In this document: one piece after another, positions 47,407-57,237 of the stretch
Layout: each line of letters opens with the position of its first letter
Position numbering within the stretch: the stretch's first letter is position 1
NCBI GenBank assembly: GCA_963766735.1
Contig: CAVYBU010000027.1
Coordinates: 32,001 to 96,000, forward strand
Direction: 5' to 3'
Length of the DNA: 64,000 nt
Source of the DNA: an uncultured Chloroflexia bacterium
GTDB taxonomy: Bacteria > Chloroflexota > Limnocylindria > Limnocylindrales > CSP1-4
Program-made: the position numbers and the translations under genes
The notes under the pieces: model-generated
What the model was told of the DNA's origin: nothing
Database searches by the model: none
Seen by the model: only the letters and a program-made list of their open reading frames with translations

Positions 47407-48579
47407 ATGACAGCGCTGGGCATCCCGCCCTCGCGGTACGCGGAGCGGCTGGCGGCGGCCAGGCAGGGGGCATCGGCGGCGGGTCTGGACGCGCTCCTGG
47501 TTGGCGTCGGGGCTGACCTGCGGTACCTGGCCGGCTACGAGGCGATGCCGCTGGAGCGCCTGACCCTGCTCGTGATCCCGGCGAGCCCGGGGTCGCCGAT
47601 GACCCTGGTCGCGCCCCGTCTGGAGGCCTCCCCCGCCCGGACCTGCCCGGCCGCCGTCCACGGTGTGGTGGAGATCGCCACCTGGGAGGAGACCGAGGAT
47701 CCGATGGCGCTGGTCGCCGCGAGACTCGGCGAGGCGGTCGGCCGGGATGTCGCGGACGTGCGTGCCGTCGCGGTCTCGGACGGGCTGCGCGCGGCGTTCG
47801 TCCTGGGGCTCCAGCAGGTACTTCCCGGGACACGGTTCTCGCTGGCTTCCGCGGTACTCCGGAACCTGCGGATGCGCAAGGACGCGGACGAGGTCGCCCT
47901 GCTGCGAGCGGCCGCGCAGGCCGCGGACCGGGCGGTGGCGGCGGTCGCGAACGGTCCGCTCATCGGGCGGACCGAGGCGGACGTGGCGCGCGAGATCCGG
48001 GAGCGGCTCGTCGCCGAGGGCCACGACCACGCCGAGTTCTGGATCGTGGCCTCGGGCCCCAACAGCGCGTCGCCACACCACGACCCCGGCGATCGCGTGA
48101 TCGCGGCCGGGGAGCCGATCGTCATCGACATCGGCGGGGCCCTGGGGGGCTACGGCTCCGACATCACGCGCACCGTCTGGGTGACGGGCGGGGACCCTGG
48201 GAGGGGTCCGGACGTGGAGTTCCTGCGCCTCTACGGCGTGCTCCAGGGCGCCCAGTCGGCGGCGACGGCCGCGGTCCGCCCCGGCGTGCCCTGCGAGCGG
48301 ATCGACGCGGTGGCGCGCGATGCCATCGACGCCGCCGGCTTCGGACCCTTCTTCTTCCACCGCACCGGGCACGGCATCGGCCTTGAGGGCCACGAAGAGC
48401 CGTATGTCGTTGCGGGGAGCACCGAACCACTGGCGCCGGGCATGGCGTTCAGCGTTGAGCCGGGGATCTATCTCGAGGGCCGGTACGGGGCGCGGATCGA
48501 GGACATCGTGGTGTGCGGGGCGGATGGGCCGATCGTGCTCAACGAGCTGTCGCGGGACCTGCTGGTCGTTCCCGGCTGA
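47407..48579 (+). CDS. Xaa-Pro peptidase, M24 family
   Basis: RMRKD, SASPHH, DIGG...SDITRT, HRTGHGIG, EPGIY and RIED. An SD-like GGGGGA lies before ATG 47407. Confidence 0.92.
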   Translation: MTALGIPPSRYAERLAAARQGASAAGLDALLVGVGADLRYLAGYEAMPLERLTLLVIPASPGSPMTLVAPRLEASPARTCPAAVHGVVEIATWEETEDPMALVAARLGEAVGRDVADVRAVAVSDGLRAAFVLGLQQVLPGTRFSLASAVLRNLRMRKDADEVALLRAAAQAADRAVAAVANGPLIGRTEADVAREIRERLVAEGHDHAEFWIVASGPNSASPHHDPGDRVIAAGEPIVIDIGGALGGYGSDITRTVWVTGGDPGRGPDVEFLRLYGVLQGAQSAATAAVRPGVPCERIDAVARDAIDAAGFGPFFFHRTGHGIGLEGHEEPYVVAGSTEPLAPGMAFSVEPGIYLEGRYGARIEDIVVCGADGPIVLNELSRDLLVVPG

Positions 48580-48794
48580 AAGCGCCCGCGCCCGTCCAGG
48601 AAGGCGACCGGACGCAGCCTTCGGATGGTCGCCGCTTGACACCTGCGATGCTACCTGCGAATGTGACGAGTGGCCCTATTCTAGTAGGCCATATGGACCC
48701 CAGCAGCAAGCTTCATCCGGACCAGGCGATCGTCCTGCCCCCGGCCCACCACCAGCGTTCCGGTCGTCCCGGACAATCCATCCGGAGGCACCCC

Positions 48795-49097
48795 ATGTGG
48801 CAGATATTCGCGCTGACAGCGTTCGGCATGTTGAGCGAGCGAGACATGGAGGCTGAGAACCTGGCCGAAGAACGTCGGCGACTCGGACAGCTCGACGACG
48901 AGCGGGCCCCCCGGAAGGACCTGTCCCCGGCGTCGGGCCCGTCCGTCCTGGAACGCCTTGCTGTCGCGTTCCGCAAGGGTGCGCGGGATGATCACTCGCT
49001 GACCGACTACCCGTGCCGCCTGCCGGACGGGACGATGGGCAGGGTCGCGGCCATCGAGCAAGGCGGGGAGTGGAACCTCGTCTGCAGGCGCGCCTGA
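48795..49097 (+). CDS. Hypothetical protein, 100 aa
   Basis: GGAGG SD and a C-terminal YPCRLPDG...G...LVC segment. Confidence 0.65.
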   Translation: MWQIFALTAFGMLSERDMEAENLAEERRRLGQLDDERAPRKDLSPASGPSVLERLAVAFRKGARDDHSLTDYPCRLPDGTMGRVAAIEQGGEWNLVCRRA

Positions 49098-49345
49098 GCG
49101 AGATCCCGCGGGACAGGTCGGACCGTCGCGGTTCGCCGTGCTGTGGGTTCGGCGCCCACGGGCCCATCCACGCTGCGGCGTACGGAGCCAAGGGCGCCGC
49201 CGGCTGAGAGCGCCACCCGGCGATCGGCGATCGGGCGCAACGCGGGGTATCATCCGGCGATCGGTCGATGCCCCCTTGCGACCGACGCGAGAGCCAACAT
49301 GACCACCCTTCGCGCGCAGGCCCCGAGCCCGCGCATCCTCGGCCG

Positions 49346-49990
49346 GTGAGCCGGCGCGCCCGGCACGGCCGGAACCCACACCAGCACCCGTCCGCCCGCC
49401 CCGGTCGTCCCGGGACGTCGGCGGTTCAACGCGCCCAGGACCCTGCGGACGTCCGGGCTGACGCCCCGGTCGAGGTCGAGGCATCGACGACTGCGGTGAC
49501 GGATGCGCCGATCGTCGCTCCCGAGGTCGCCGAGGTCGCCGAGGTCGGCGAGGTCGGCGCCACCGAGGCAGTGGACGTGTCGCCCGATGCAGCGCCCGCC
49601 GCCCGGCCCCAGCCCCGGCCAGAACGCGCGCCGGTCCGCGCGTCGGCGCCCCCGGCAGCGGCCCAGCCGGCCAATCCGCAGCCAGCCCCGGGCGACAACG
49701 GGGACTACCGCACCACCTGTACCCAGGCTCAGCTGCGCCGGTTCATCAAGAGTCGCCCGTGGGTCCCGATGCACGAGCTCCGCCGCCGTTTCGGCATCAA
49801 CGGAGACGACGACGACGTGTCTCCGATGCGCGTCGGGGATCACATGCTGTTCATCGGCCTGCCGCCCGACGAGGGCCGCATGATGGGCGATCTGCTCAAT
49901 GCCGGGGACATCGGCTGCGAGCTGTCCCTGGATCCGGTGACGCCGGTGGTGATCGGCGTGTACCCGATGCGGCCGGTGCCCCGCGGCTGA
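49346..49990 (+). CDS. Hypothetical protein: disordered N-terminus, compact C-terminal domain
   Basis: Low-complexity Pro/Ala/Glu region followed by QLRRFIKSRPWVPMHELRRRFGI. The start is uncertain. Confidence 0.65.
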   Translation: MSRRARHGRNPHQHPSARPGRPGTSAVQRAQDPADVRADAPVEVEASTTAVTDAPIVAPEVAEVAEVGEVGATEAVDVSPDAAPAARPQPRPERAPVRASAPPAAAQPANPQPAPGDNGDYRTTCTQAQLRRFIKSRPWVPMHELRRRFGINGDDDDVSPMRVGDHMLFIGLPPDEGRMMGDLLNAGDIGCELSLDPVTPVVIGVYPMRPVPRG

Positions 49991-50135
49991 CCGCCGAGCC
50001 TGCCCCGACGCTCCCGCAGCCGCTCCCGGCTGACAGCCTCCCCCCGCGCGACGTCCCGTTGCCGCACCGGCGACCCCGCCCCGACGTTCGTGCGTGAGAT
50101 CGACCAGCCGCCTGGAATTGACCGGCGCGCGGGCC

Positions 50136-51965
50136 TCAGGCCTCGGTGTATGCGCGCGGCAGCGGTTCGACCGCAGGTGCCTTCGTCCGCAGGTCGCGTA
50201 GAGCTGCCTGATCCATCGTGGCGAGGCGCGGCAGGTCGGGCTGATCCGTGCGTAGCAGGCGCTCCGTCATGGTGGAGAGCAGCAGCTTGCTGACCTCGGG
50301 GACGCCCATCACGGCCCGCAGGGCATCGGCCGGGACCTCCAGGAGCGTGCTCGCGGTGGTGGCCACCACGTCCGCCGTGCGAGGGCTGCCAGTGAGCGCC
50401 GCGATCTCGCCGAAGAAGTCGCCTTCGCTCATCGTGGACAGGCCGCGGAACCCTCCGTCCGCGTCCGGGATGCCCGCCGCCGTCTCACCCGCGAGAATGA
50501 AGTAGGCCGCCGATGCCTTGTCGCCATGGGTCACCAGGCAGGTACCTTCCGGGACGTCGCGAACCTTCGCCTCGCGAATGAAAGCCGTCCGTTGGGCACC
50601 GGACAGCCGGCCGAACGTCGCCAGCCGCCCGACCAGGAGATCGAAGTCCGCAATGGTGGCCGCCCGCACCTCACCGGCCACCCAGGGCGTGCCCGCCGGC
50701 ATCGCCCGCAATGCCTTGAGCCCTCGACGCCACTCCGCCGCGGGGCGTCCCACACCCGGCGCCACCAGGGCCGCGAGCGCGACCACGACGAGGATCAGCG
50801 ACGAGAAGGCCAGCATCACCCGGACCGGCAGCACGTCGGCGAGGCCGGCACCCGCCATCCCGGCGAGGAAGATCACGTCGCGCATCACGAACAGCGCGGA
50901 GAACACGCGCCCACGAAGCTCGCGTGGCGTGTGCCGCTGGAGGAGCGTCTGCCGTGCGACGGCAGAGGGCGAGTTGAAGAACCCGCTGACCATCACCCAG
51001 ACAGTCGCCACCCAGATCACGGGCGACACGCTGTAGAAGAGTCCCGCCACGCCCATGCCCATACAGCCGACGAAGACCCACAGGCCCATCTGCAGGCGGT
51101 CGGCGAAGCGGGCCATGAACAGACTGCCCGCCACGAACCCGACCGAGGTGAGTGCCTCCTGGATGCCGTACTGAAACTCGCTCGCCCCCAGCTCCGTGAT
51201 CGCCATCGGCAGCAGCAGGACGTTCCACAATCCGAACGCGAAGAACACCGGCGCTCCGAGCAGGAACAGTGATCGCAGCATCGGGATCTCGCCGATGGTG
51301 CGGATGCCGGTCTTGAGGTTCTCGAACACGATGCCGACGGATGTCTCCTCCTGGACCTCCATCGTCACCCGGACCTTGAGCAGGTAGATGCACGCGGCGG
51401 AGAAGACGAACGTGAGCGAGTCGATCCAGAACGCCCAGTCGAGGCTGAACGCAGAGGCGAGGAGGCCAGCGCCGGCGAAGCCGATGGCGGTGGAACCGAA
51501 CGAGGCGATCGAGAGGAAGGCGTTGGCTGCCGTCAGCTCCTCATCGCTCGCGATCTCCGGGATGAGGCTCTCGTACGCGGGGTCGAAGAACTGCTTCACG
51601 CCCGCGTTGACGAGGATCGCCACGAACAGCAGCGCCGGATTCACGCCGATGAGGAACGGGATGATGAACACCACGACGCCCTGACCGAGGTTGCTGGCGA
51701 TCATCACCTTGCGGCGGTCGTAGCGGTCGACGAAGACGCCCGCGATGAGGCCGACGACCAGGCTCGGGACAGCCGTCGCCATCAGGGTGAGGCCGACCAG
51801 GAACGCGGAGCCCGTCTCCTGGTACACGTAGATGCCCGCGGCGAGATCCGTGAGCGATGACCCGGCGGTGGACACCAGCTGGGCCATCCACATCAGGACG
51901 AAGTCGCGCTTCCTGAACACCGCCGTGGGCGATACCTTCTGCCCGACCTGGGGGGCCTCGCTCAC
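50136..51965 (-). CDS. MFS transporter (DHA3-like) fused to a cNMP-binding domain
   Basis: GVFVDRYDRRKV motif A, 12 TMs, and C-terminal GDFFGEIAAL...RTADV. Confidence 0.9.
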   Translation of the reverse strand: MSEAPQVGQKVSPTAVFRKRDFVLMWMAQLVSTAGSSLTDLAAGIYVYQETGSAFLVGLTLMATAVPSLVVGLIAGVFVDRYDRRKVMIASNLGQGVVVFIIPFLIGVNPALLFVAILVNAGVKQFFDPAYESLIPEIASDEELTAANAFLSIASFGSTAIGFAGAGLLASAFSLDWAFWIDSLTFVFSAACIYLLKVRVTMEVQEETSVGIVFENLKTGIRTIGEIPMLRSLFLLGAPVFFAFGLWNVLLLPMAITELGASEFQYGIQEALTSVGFVAGSLFMARFADRLQMGLWVFVGCMGMGVAGLFYSVSPVIWVATVWVMVSGFFNSPSAVARQTLLQRHTPRELRGRVFSALFVMRDVIFLAGMAGAGLADVLPVRVMLAFSSLILVVVALAALVAPGVGRPAAEWRRGLKALRAMPAGTPWVAGEVRAATIADFDLLVGRLATFGRLSGAQRTAFIREAKVRDVPEGTCLVTHGDKASAAYFILAGETAAGIPDADGGFRGLSTMSEGDFFGEIAALTGSPRTADVVATTASTLLEVPADALRAVMGVPEVSKLLLSTMTERLLRTDQPDLPRLATMDQAALRDLRTKAPAVEPLPRAYTEA

Positions 51966-52109
51966 GCCACGAACCCCTTGCGTCCCCGCGCCACCTTCGG
52001 ATGCACCCGGTCCCTCCCCGTCAAGTGGCGTTGCGCCTCCGTGGGCCGATCTCCGCCATTTGAAGTTCGGTACTGTACGCGGGTCGAACGGCATCCGCCA
52101 AGCCGTTGG

Positions 52110-52682
52110 TCAGACAGGTGTATTCCCGCCGACGCCCTCGAGGGCGAGCAGCTCCCGTTTCACGGCCAGCGCCGCCTCGCGCCCGCCGAACGCCGCCACG
52201 CCGTACCCGCCCAGGGACCCGTCACCGGCGATCACCCGGTGGCAGGGGATCAGCAGGCCGACGGGGTTGCGACCCACCGCGCCGCCCACGGCCCGTGCCG
52301 CGCCTGTTCGCCCAATGCGCCGCGCCACCTCGCCGTAGGACGCTGTCTCGCCGCGGGGGATGGCGCGGACCGCACCCAGGACGAGGCGGTCCCAGTCCGA
52401 GCGGTCGGCGAGGTCCACTGGCACCTTCTCGAGCGGGACGGGCTCGCCCCTGAGCGCCGCCGTCACCAGGTCGCGCGTGCGTGCGCAGAGCTCGGACGCG
52501 GCACACGGCTCCTCGTGCGCCTCCAACGTGGCCGTTGGTCCGAGGCGGCGACGCGCCAGACCGATCATGAACGCGTCCGCGCTGCTCATCGGTTCCAGCG
52601 CCACCACGCCGCGGGCGGTCGCGGCAATCCGGACCGGACCCCACGGTCCGTCCGCCGTCGTGACGGTGATGCAGCCCTCCAC
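52110..52682 (-). CDS. ogt: Methylated-DNA-protein-cysteine methyltransferase
   Basis: IPRGETASYG, ARAVG and PCHRV. Confidence 0.93.
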   Translation of the reverse strand: MEGCITVTTADGPWGPVRIAATARGVVALEPMSSADAFMIGLARRRLGPTATLEAHEEPCAASELCARTRDLVTAALRGEPVPLEKVPVDLADRSDWDRLVLGAVRAIPRGETASYGEVARRIGRTGAARAVGGAVGRNPVGLLIPCHRVIAGDGSLGGYGVAAFGGREAALAVKRELLALEGVGGNTPV

Positions 52683-52884
52683 GCAATTCACCGGCGAATG
52701 GTTGCATGACTCCCGGCAGCCCCGCTCGTCCCCGGATCCGGCGGGCCCGCCGCCAGGTACGGCATCATGGGCCTGCCCGAGCACTGTCCGGATCCGACAC
52801 AGTGCACGCGCAGGAATGGGGATGCGACATGTCAGGTCTCGGCTGCGCCGGCGGGACGCGATCGTGCTGAGGCGCCGCTACGTC

Positions 52885-53805
52885 ATGCGACTCCGACGGC
52901 CGCGGTTTCGCGGGCTGCGAACTCCGGTCGCGACGCCCGGGCAGAGCGCTCGTCGGCTGGTCGTGGTCGGCCTGCTCTCGGTCCTGCTCGCGATCGCGGC
53001 CTGGGCGGGGACAACGCAGACATACGTCGGGCAGCGCATAGCGGACCTGATCCTGTACGGACGGTTCGGGACGGATCCGGCGGTCAGCGGCGCTGCGGCC
53101 AGCATCCTCGATCTGACGGGACTCGCCTCCGCCGCCCTGGTCGCGCTGGGAATCTTCATCTTCGCCTTCATCCGGGGCGGGTTCGGGATGGCCACGGCGG
53201 TCGTGCTCACGCTGGGTGGGGCGAACGCCACGGCGCAGGGCCTCAAGGACCTGCTGCACCGGCCCAACCTCATCGGGAACGCGACGTACGCGAGCGGCAA
53301 CAGCTTCCCGAGCGGAACCGTCACGCTCATCGCCTCGCTCGGGTTCGTGTTGATCCTGGTCGCGCCAAGGCGCCTGCGGACCCTGTCGGCGATCGGCGCG
53401 ATCGTCCTGACGGCCGCTGTCGGCATCAGCACCATCACGGAGGGCTGGCACCGGCTGGCCGACGTGGTTGGCGCCGACCTCATCGCCCTTGGCTGGGCTG
53501 CCCTCGTCACGGCGGCGCTCGTCCTGGCCCAGGGGCGGATGCCCAGGCGGACCTGGACCCGCGGCCTGGGACGGCGGACGGCGTACATCACCGGGGCAAC
53601 GGGGCTGATCGTGATCGGCGCCGGTGCGGCCGGCCTGGCACTCGCGCTGGTCGACCCGGCGCCGCTCGGACGGCTCATCAACGACAGGGCGACAACCCCC
53701 GAGGCGTTCGTGGCGTCCATCGCCATCGCAATCGGGACCGCCCTGATCGGGACGGGCGCCTACGTGTGGGCCATGCGTGGCGTTGCCGTGGACCTGCCGG
53801 ACTGA
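52885..53805 (+). CDS. PAP2-family membrane phosphatase
   Basis: KDLLHRP, SFPSGT and WHRLADV. The C2 motif has T where H is usual. Confidence 0.8.
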   Translation: MRLRRPRFRGLRTPVATPGQSARRLVVVGLLSVLLAIAAWAGTTQTYVGQRIADLILYGRFGTDPAVSGAAASILDLTGLASAALVALGIFIFAFIRGGFGMATAVVLTLGGANATAQGLKDLLHRPNLIGNATYASGNSFPSGTVTLIASLGFVLILVAPRRLRTLSAIGAIVLTAAVGISTITEGWHRLADVVGADLIALGWAALVTAALVLAQGRMPRRTWTRGLGRRTAYITGATGLIVIGAGAAGLALALVDPAPLGRLINDRATTPEAFVASIAIAIGTALIGTGAYVWAMRGVAVDLPD

Positions 53806-53842
53806 ACGGGCAGGACTGAACGAATGCGGCCACGGCGCTGCT

Positions 53843-53859
53843 ATACTCCCCCCTAGTAT
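53843..53859. promoter_or_regulatory. CsoR/RcnR-family operator overlapping the -10 box and start of copA
   Basis: ATACT-CCCCCCT-AGTAT: TACT/AGTA arms around a C-tract. TATACT -10 at 53842-53847. Confidence 0.75.
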
Positions 53860-56557
53860 GAATGCGCGCGTCCCCACCACCCCGCAGCCCATCGAGATCA
53901 TCCTGCCCATCGAGGGCATGACCTGCGCGTCCTGCGTCAACCGCATCGAGCGGTTCCTCAAGAAGACGCCGGGCGTGGAGACGGCCAGCGTCAACCTCGC
54001 CACGGAGCGGGCCACGGTCCTGGTGGACCCGGGCACGGCCGGGCGGGACGAGCTGGTGAAGGCCGTGGAGGCTGCCGGCTATGAGGTCAAGGCGGAGGTC
54101 CTCGCCGTCGAAGGTGCGGCCGCTGTCTCGCTCGAGGACGAGATCACCGCCGACGATGCCGAGCGCGAGCGGGAGCAGCGCCACACGCTGTTCCAGGCGC
54201 TGGTCTCGATCGGCGCCGCCATCGTGTTCATGGTCCTCATGTTCGTGCCCCAGACCCTGGTGCCGATGACGGAGATCAACAAGCTGATCCTGTGGCCGGC
54301 CACGTTCATCCAGTTCTGGGCGGGCGGCCGCTTCTACCGCGCGGCGTGGCGGACCGGCAAGCACGGCGGGGCCACCATGGACACGCTCGTGGCCGTCGGC
54401 ACCAGCGCGGCCTGGGGGTACAGCGTGTTCGTGACGATGTGGCCCGAGGTCGTCCACGCGGCGGGCCTGCATCCCGAGACCTACTTCGACTCCGCGACGA
54501 TCATCCTGGGCCTCATCCTGCTGGGCAAGTGGCTCGAGGCCCGCGCCAAGGGCAACACGACCGGCGCCATCCGCCGCCTCGTCGGGCTCCAGGCAACCAC
54601 CGCACGCCGGATCCGCGGCGCCGTCGAGGAGGACATCCCCCTCGCGGACGTCATCGCGGGCGACCTGCTCCGCGTGCGCCCCGGCGACAAGGTGCCGGTG
54701 GACGGCGTCGTGATCGAGGGCATTTCGGCGGTCGACGAGTCGATGCTCACCGGCGAGCCGATTCCGTCCACCAAGCAGGCCGGGGACGAGGTCATCGGCG
54801 CCACCCTCAACACGACGGGCTCGTTCGTCATGCGGGCCACCCGCGTCGGCCGGGACACGGCCCTCGCCCGGATCGTGGAGCTGGTCCAGCGCGCGCAGGG
54901 CTCCAAGGCCCCGATCCAGCGCATGGCGGACCGCATCAGCGAGATCTTCGTGCCGGCAGTGCTCCTGGTCGCCGCGGCGACCTTCGTCATCTGGTTCGTG
55001 GCCGGGCCGGAGCCGCGCCTGACGCTCGCGCTGACCGCGTTCATCGGCGTCGTGATCATCGCCTGTCCGTGCGCCATGGGTCTTGCCACGCCGACGGCGA
55101 TCATGGTCGGCACCGGCAAGGGCGCCGAGGTGGGGATCCTCGTTCGCGGAGGCGAGGCGCTGGAGGCGGCCGGTCGCATCGACACCGTCGTGATGGACAA
55201 GACCGGGACGCTGACGCTGGGCAAGCCGGCGGTCGTGTCCCTGGTGGCCGCAGAGGGTTTCACGGAGGAGCGCGTCCTGGACCTGGCGGCCTCGCTGGAG
55301 ACCGGCTCGGAACATCCGCTGGGCGAGGCGATCGTGCGGCGGGCCCGCGAGACGGAGTTGGGCTTTGCGAAGGCGGAGGCGTTCGAGGCGATCGTGGGAC
55401 GGGGCGTGCTCGGGCGGATCGATGGCGCCGAGGTGGTCGCGGGCTCCCGACGGATGATGACGGAGCGAGGCGTGGACCTGGGCTCCCTTGAGGCGGCGGC
55501 CGATGCGGCGGCGGCCGAGGGCGGGACGGTCGTGTTCGTGGCCGTGGACGGGGCGGGGGCCGGGCTCGTGGTCATCTCGGACCCGGTCAAGGCCGAATCC
55601 GCCGAAGCCGTCCGGGACCTGCGGGCCGCGGGCATGGACGTCTGGCTGCTCACGGGCGACGCGCGCATCACCGCCGAGGCGGTCGCACGCCAGGTGGGGA
55701 TCGCCGCGGACCACGTGATTGCCGAGGTGCTGCCGGGGGACAAGGACGCGACGGTCGAGCGCCTGCAGGCGGCCGGGCACCGGGTTGCGATGGTCGGCGA
55801 CGGGATCAACGACGCCCCGGCACTCGCCCGTGCGGACCTGGGCGTGGCAATCGGGACGGGCGCGGACGTGGCGATCGAGGCGTCCGACATCACGCTCGTC
55901 GGCGGGGATCCGCGGCTGGTGGGCTCGGCCATCGCCCTGTCGCGGGCCACGATCCGCATCATCCGCCAGAACCTGTTCTGGGCATTTGCCTACAACGTGC
56001 TGCTGATCCCGATCGCGATGGGGGTCCTGTACCCGGCCTTCGGGATCACCCTCAATCCTGCGCTGGCCGCGGGCGCGATGGCGCTCTCGTCGGTCAGCGT
56101 GGTGACGAACTCGCTGCGGCTGCGCAAGGTGGACGTCCGGCCCGGGCATGTCACGCAGCAGCGACGCGGGCCACTGGGCGTGGTGCGCGACGGCGCGTTC
56201 CTCGTCGTCGTGGGCGTCGTGGGGCTCACGCTCGCGGGCGGCGTTCTGGCCGCGGACCGGGCGGTCGATGCGTCCTTGCCGCATGTGGTCGTCACGGTGC
56301 GTGACGGCACGTTCACACCGGCGACGATCACGGTGACGGCGGGCGAGTGGACCGTCATCGAGCTGGCGAACGAGGACGATGTCGTCCGTGACTGGATGAT
56401 CGACGGCGTGCCGAACCTGGATATCGTCGCGCGGCCCGGTCAGACGGCCCGGCTGCGGTTCGTGCTGGACACGCCCGGCGAGTACGCGATCTCCGGCGGT
56501 TCCGCGATGGGCACCGGCGGCGATATGGCCGGCACGCTGGTGGTCGAGACGCGGTAG
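53858..56557 (+). CDS. copA: Cu(I)-translocating P1B-1 ATPase with extra C-terminal TM and cupredoxin-like domain
   Basis: [34 protein letters not shown] and MALSS. Confidence 0.95.
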   Translation: MNARVPTTPQPIEIILPIEGMTCASCVNRIERFLKKTPGVETASVNLATERATVLVDPGTAGRDELVKAVEAAGYEVKAEVLAVEGAAAVSLEDEITADDAEREREQRHTLFQALVSIGAAIVFMVLMFVPQTLVPMTEINKLILWPATFIQFWAGGRFYRAAWRTGKHGGATMDTLVAVGTSAAWGYSVFVTMWPEVVHAAGLHPETYFDSATIILGLILLGKWLEARAKGNTTGAIRRLVGLQATTARRIRGAVEEDIPLADVIAGDLLRVRPGDKVPVDGVVIEGISAVDESMLTGEPIPSTKQAGDEVIGATLNTTGSFVMRATRVGRDTALARIVELVQRAQGSKAPIQRMADRISEIFVPAVLLVAAATFVIWFVAGPEPRLTLALTAFIGVVIIACPCAMGLATPTAIMVGTGKGAEVGILVRGGEALEAAGRIDTVVMDKTGTLTLGKPAVVSLVAAEGFTEERVLDLAASLETGSEHPLGEAIVRRARETELGFAKAEAFEAIVGRGVLGRIDGAEVVAGSRRMMTERGVDLGSLEAAADAAAAEGGTVVFVAVDGAGAGLVVISDPVKAESAEAVRDLRAAGMDVWLLTGDARITAEAVARQVGIAADHVIAEVLPGDKDATVERLQAAGHRVAMVGDGINDAPALARADLGVAIGTGADVAIEASDITLVGGDPRLVGSAIALSRATIRIIRQNLFWAFAYNVLLIPIAMGVLYPAFGITLNPALAAGAMALSSVSVVTNSLRLRKVDVRPGHVTQQRRGPLGVVRDGAFLVVVGVVGLTLAGGVLAADRAVDASLPHVVVTVRDGTFTPATITVTAGEWTVIELANEDDVVRDWMIDGVPNLDIVARPGQTARLRFVLDTPGEYAISGGSAMGTGGDMAGTLVVETR

Positions 56558-56629
56558 GTCGGGGACGGCGCGCGCGGCGCCGCGGTCCGGCGCGGGCCTG
56601 CGCCTGCGCGGGCGCGTAGACTCGGCGTC

Positions 56630-57136
56630 GTGACCGATCAGGCCGCCATCACCCGCATCGAGGTCCCGGCGGACCCCCGCGATCTGCCGGGCGCGTTCCC
56701 GCACCGCTACGTCGTGCAGACGCGGTTCGGGGACACGGACGCGATGGGCCACATCAACAACGCGCGGTTCCTCACCTTCTGCGAGTCGGCGCGGATCGCG
56801 TACTGGGAAGCCGTGACCGGCGAGCCCTTCGGCCTCGTGACCCACGGCGCGGAAGAGTCGCTGATCCTGGCCGACGTGCGGGTGACGTTCCGGTCCCCCT
56901 CGTACTTCGGCGAGGTGCTGACCGTGGAATCGCGGCTGGCGAGAATCGGGCGGACCTCGTTCACCGTGGAGCACCGGATCACGGCCGCAGCGTCCGTACG
57001 GGGCCGAGCGCGGCTCGTCGCGACCGCCGAGGACGTCCTGGTGCTCTACGACTACGCGACGGAGCGCCCGCGCGTCATCCCGGATGACGTGGTCTCGCGC
57101 CTCGAGGCGTTCGAGGGGCGCCCGCTGCGGAGTTGA
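56630..57136 (+). CDS. Acyl-CoA thioesterase (4HBT/YbgC family)
   Basis: RFGDTDAMGHINNA...ESAR and IGRTS. Confidence 0.9.
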   Translation: MTDQAAITRIEVPADPRDLPGAFPHRYVVQTRFGDTDAMGHINNARFLTFCESARIAYWEAVTGEPFGLVTHGAEESLILADVRVTFRSPSYFGEVLTVESRLARIGRTSFTVEHRITAAASVRGRARLVATAEDVLVLYDYATERPRVIPDDVVSRLEAFEGRPLRS

Positions 57137-57237
57137 GTCGGGATCTCCTGCGCGGCAGCGCCTTGCAGGATCGTGGGCGATGCACCGCGGACGGAACGTG
57201 AGCGGAGGTTGCCAACCGGAGGTGAAATCCCCGGGAG

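Noticed and set aside
53678-57237. 1608-aa minus-strand ORF extending fabF
   Set aside because: It results from the fabF frameshift running into the antisense shadow of copA and the thioesterase. It is not a PKS-like megaprotein.
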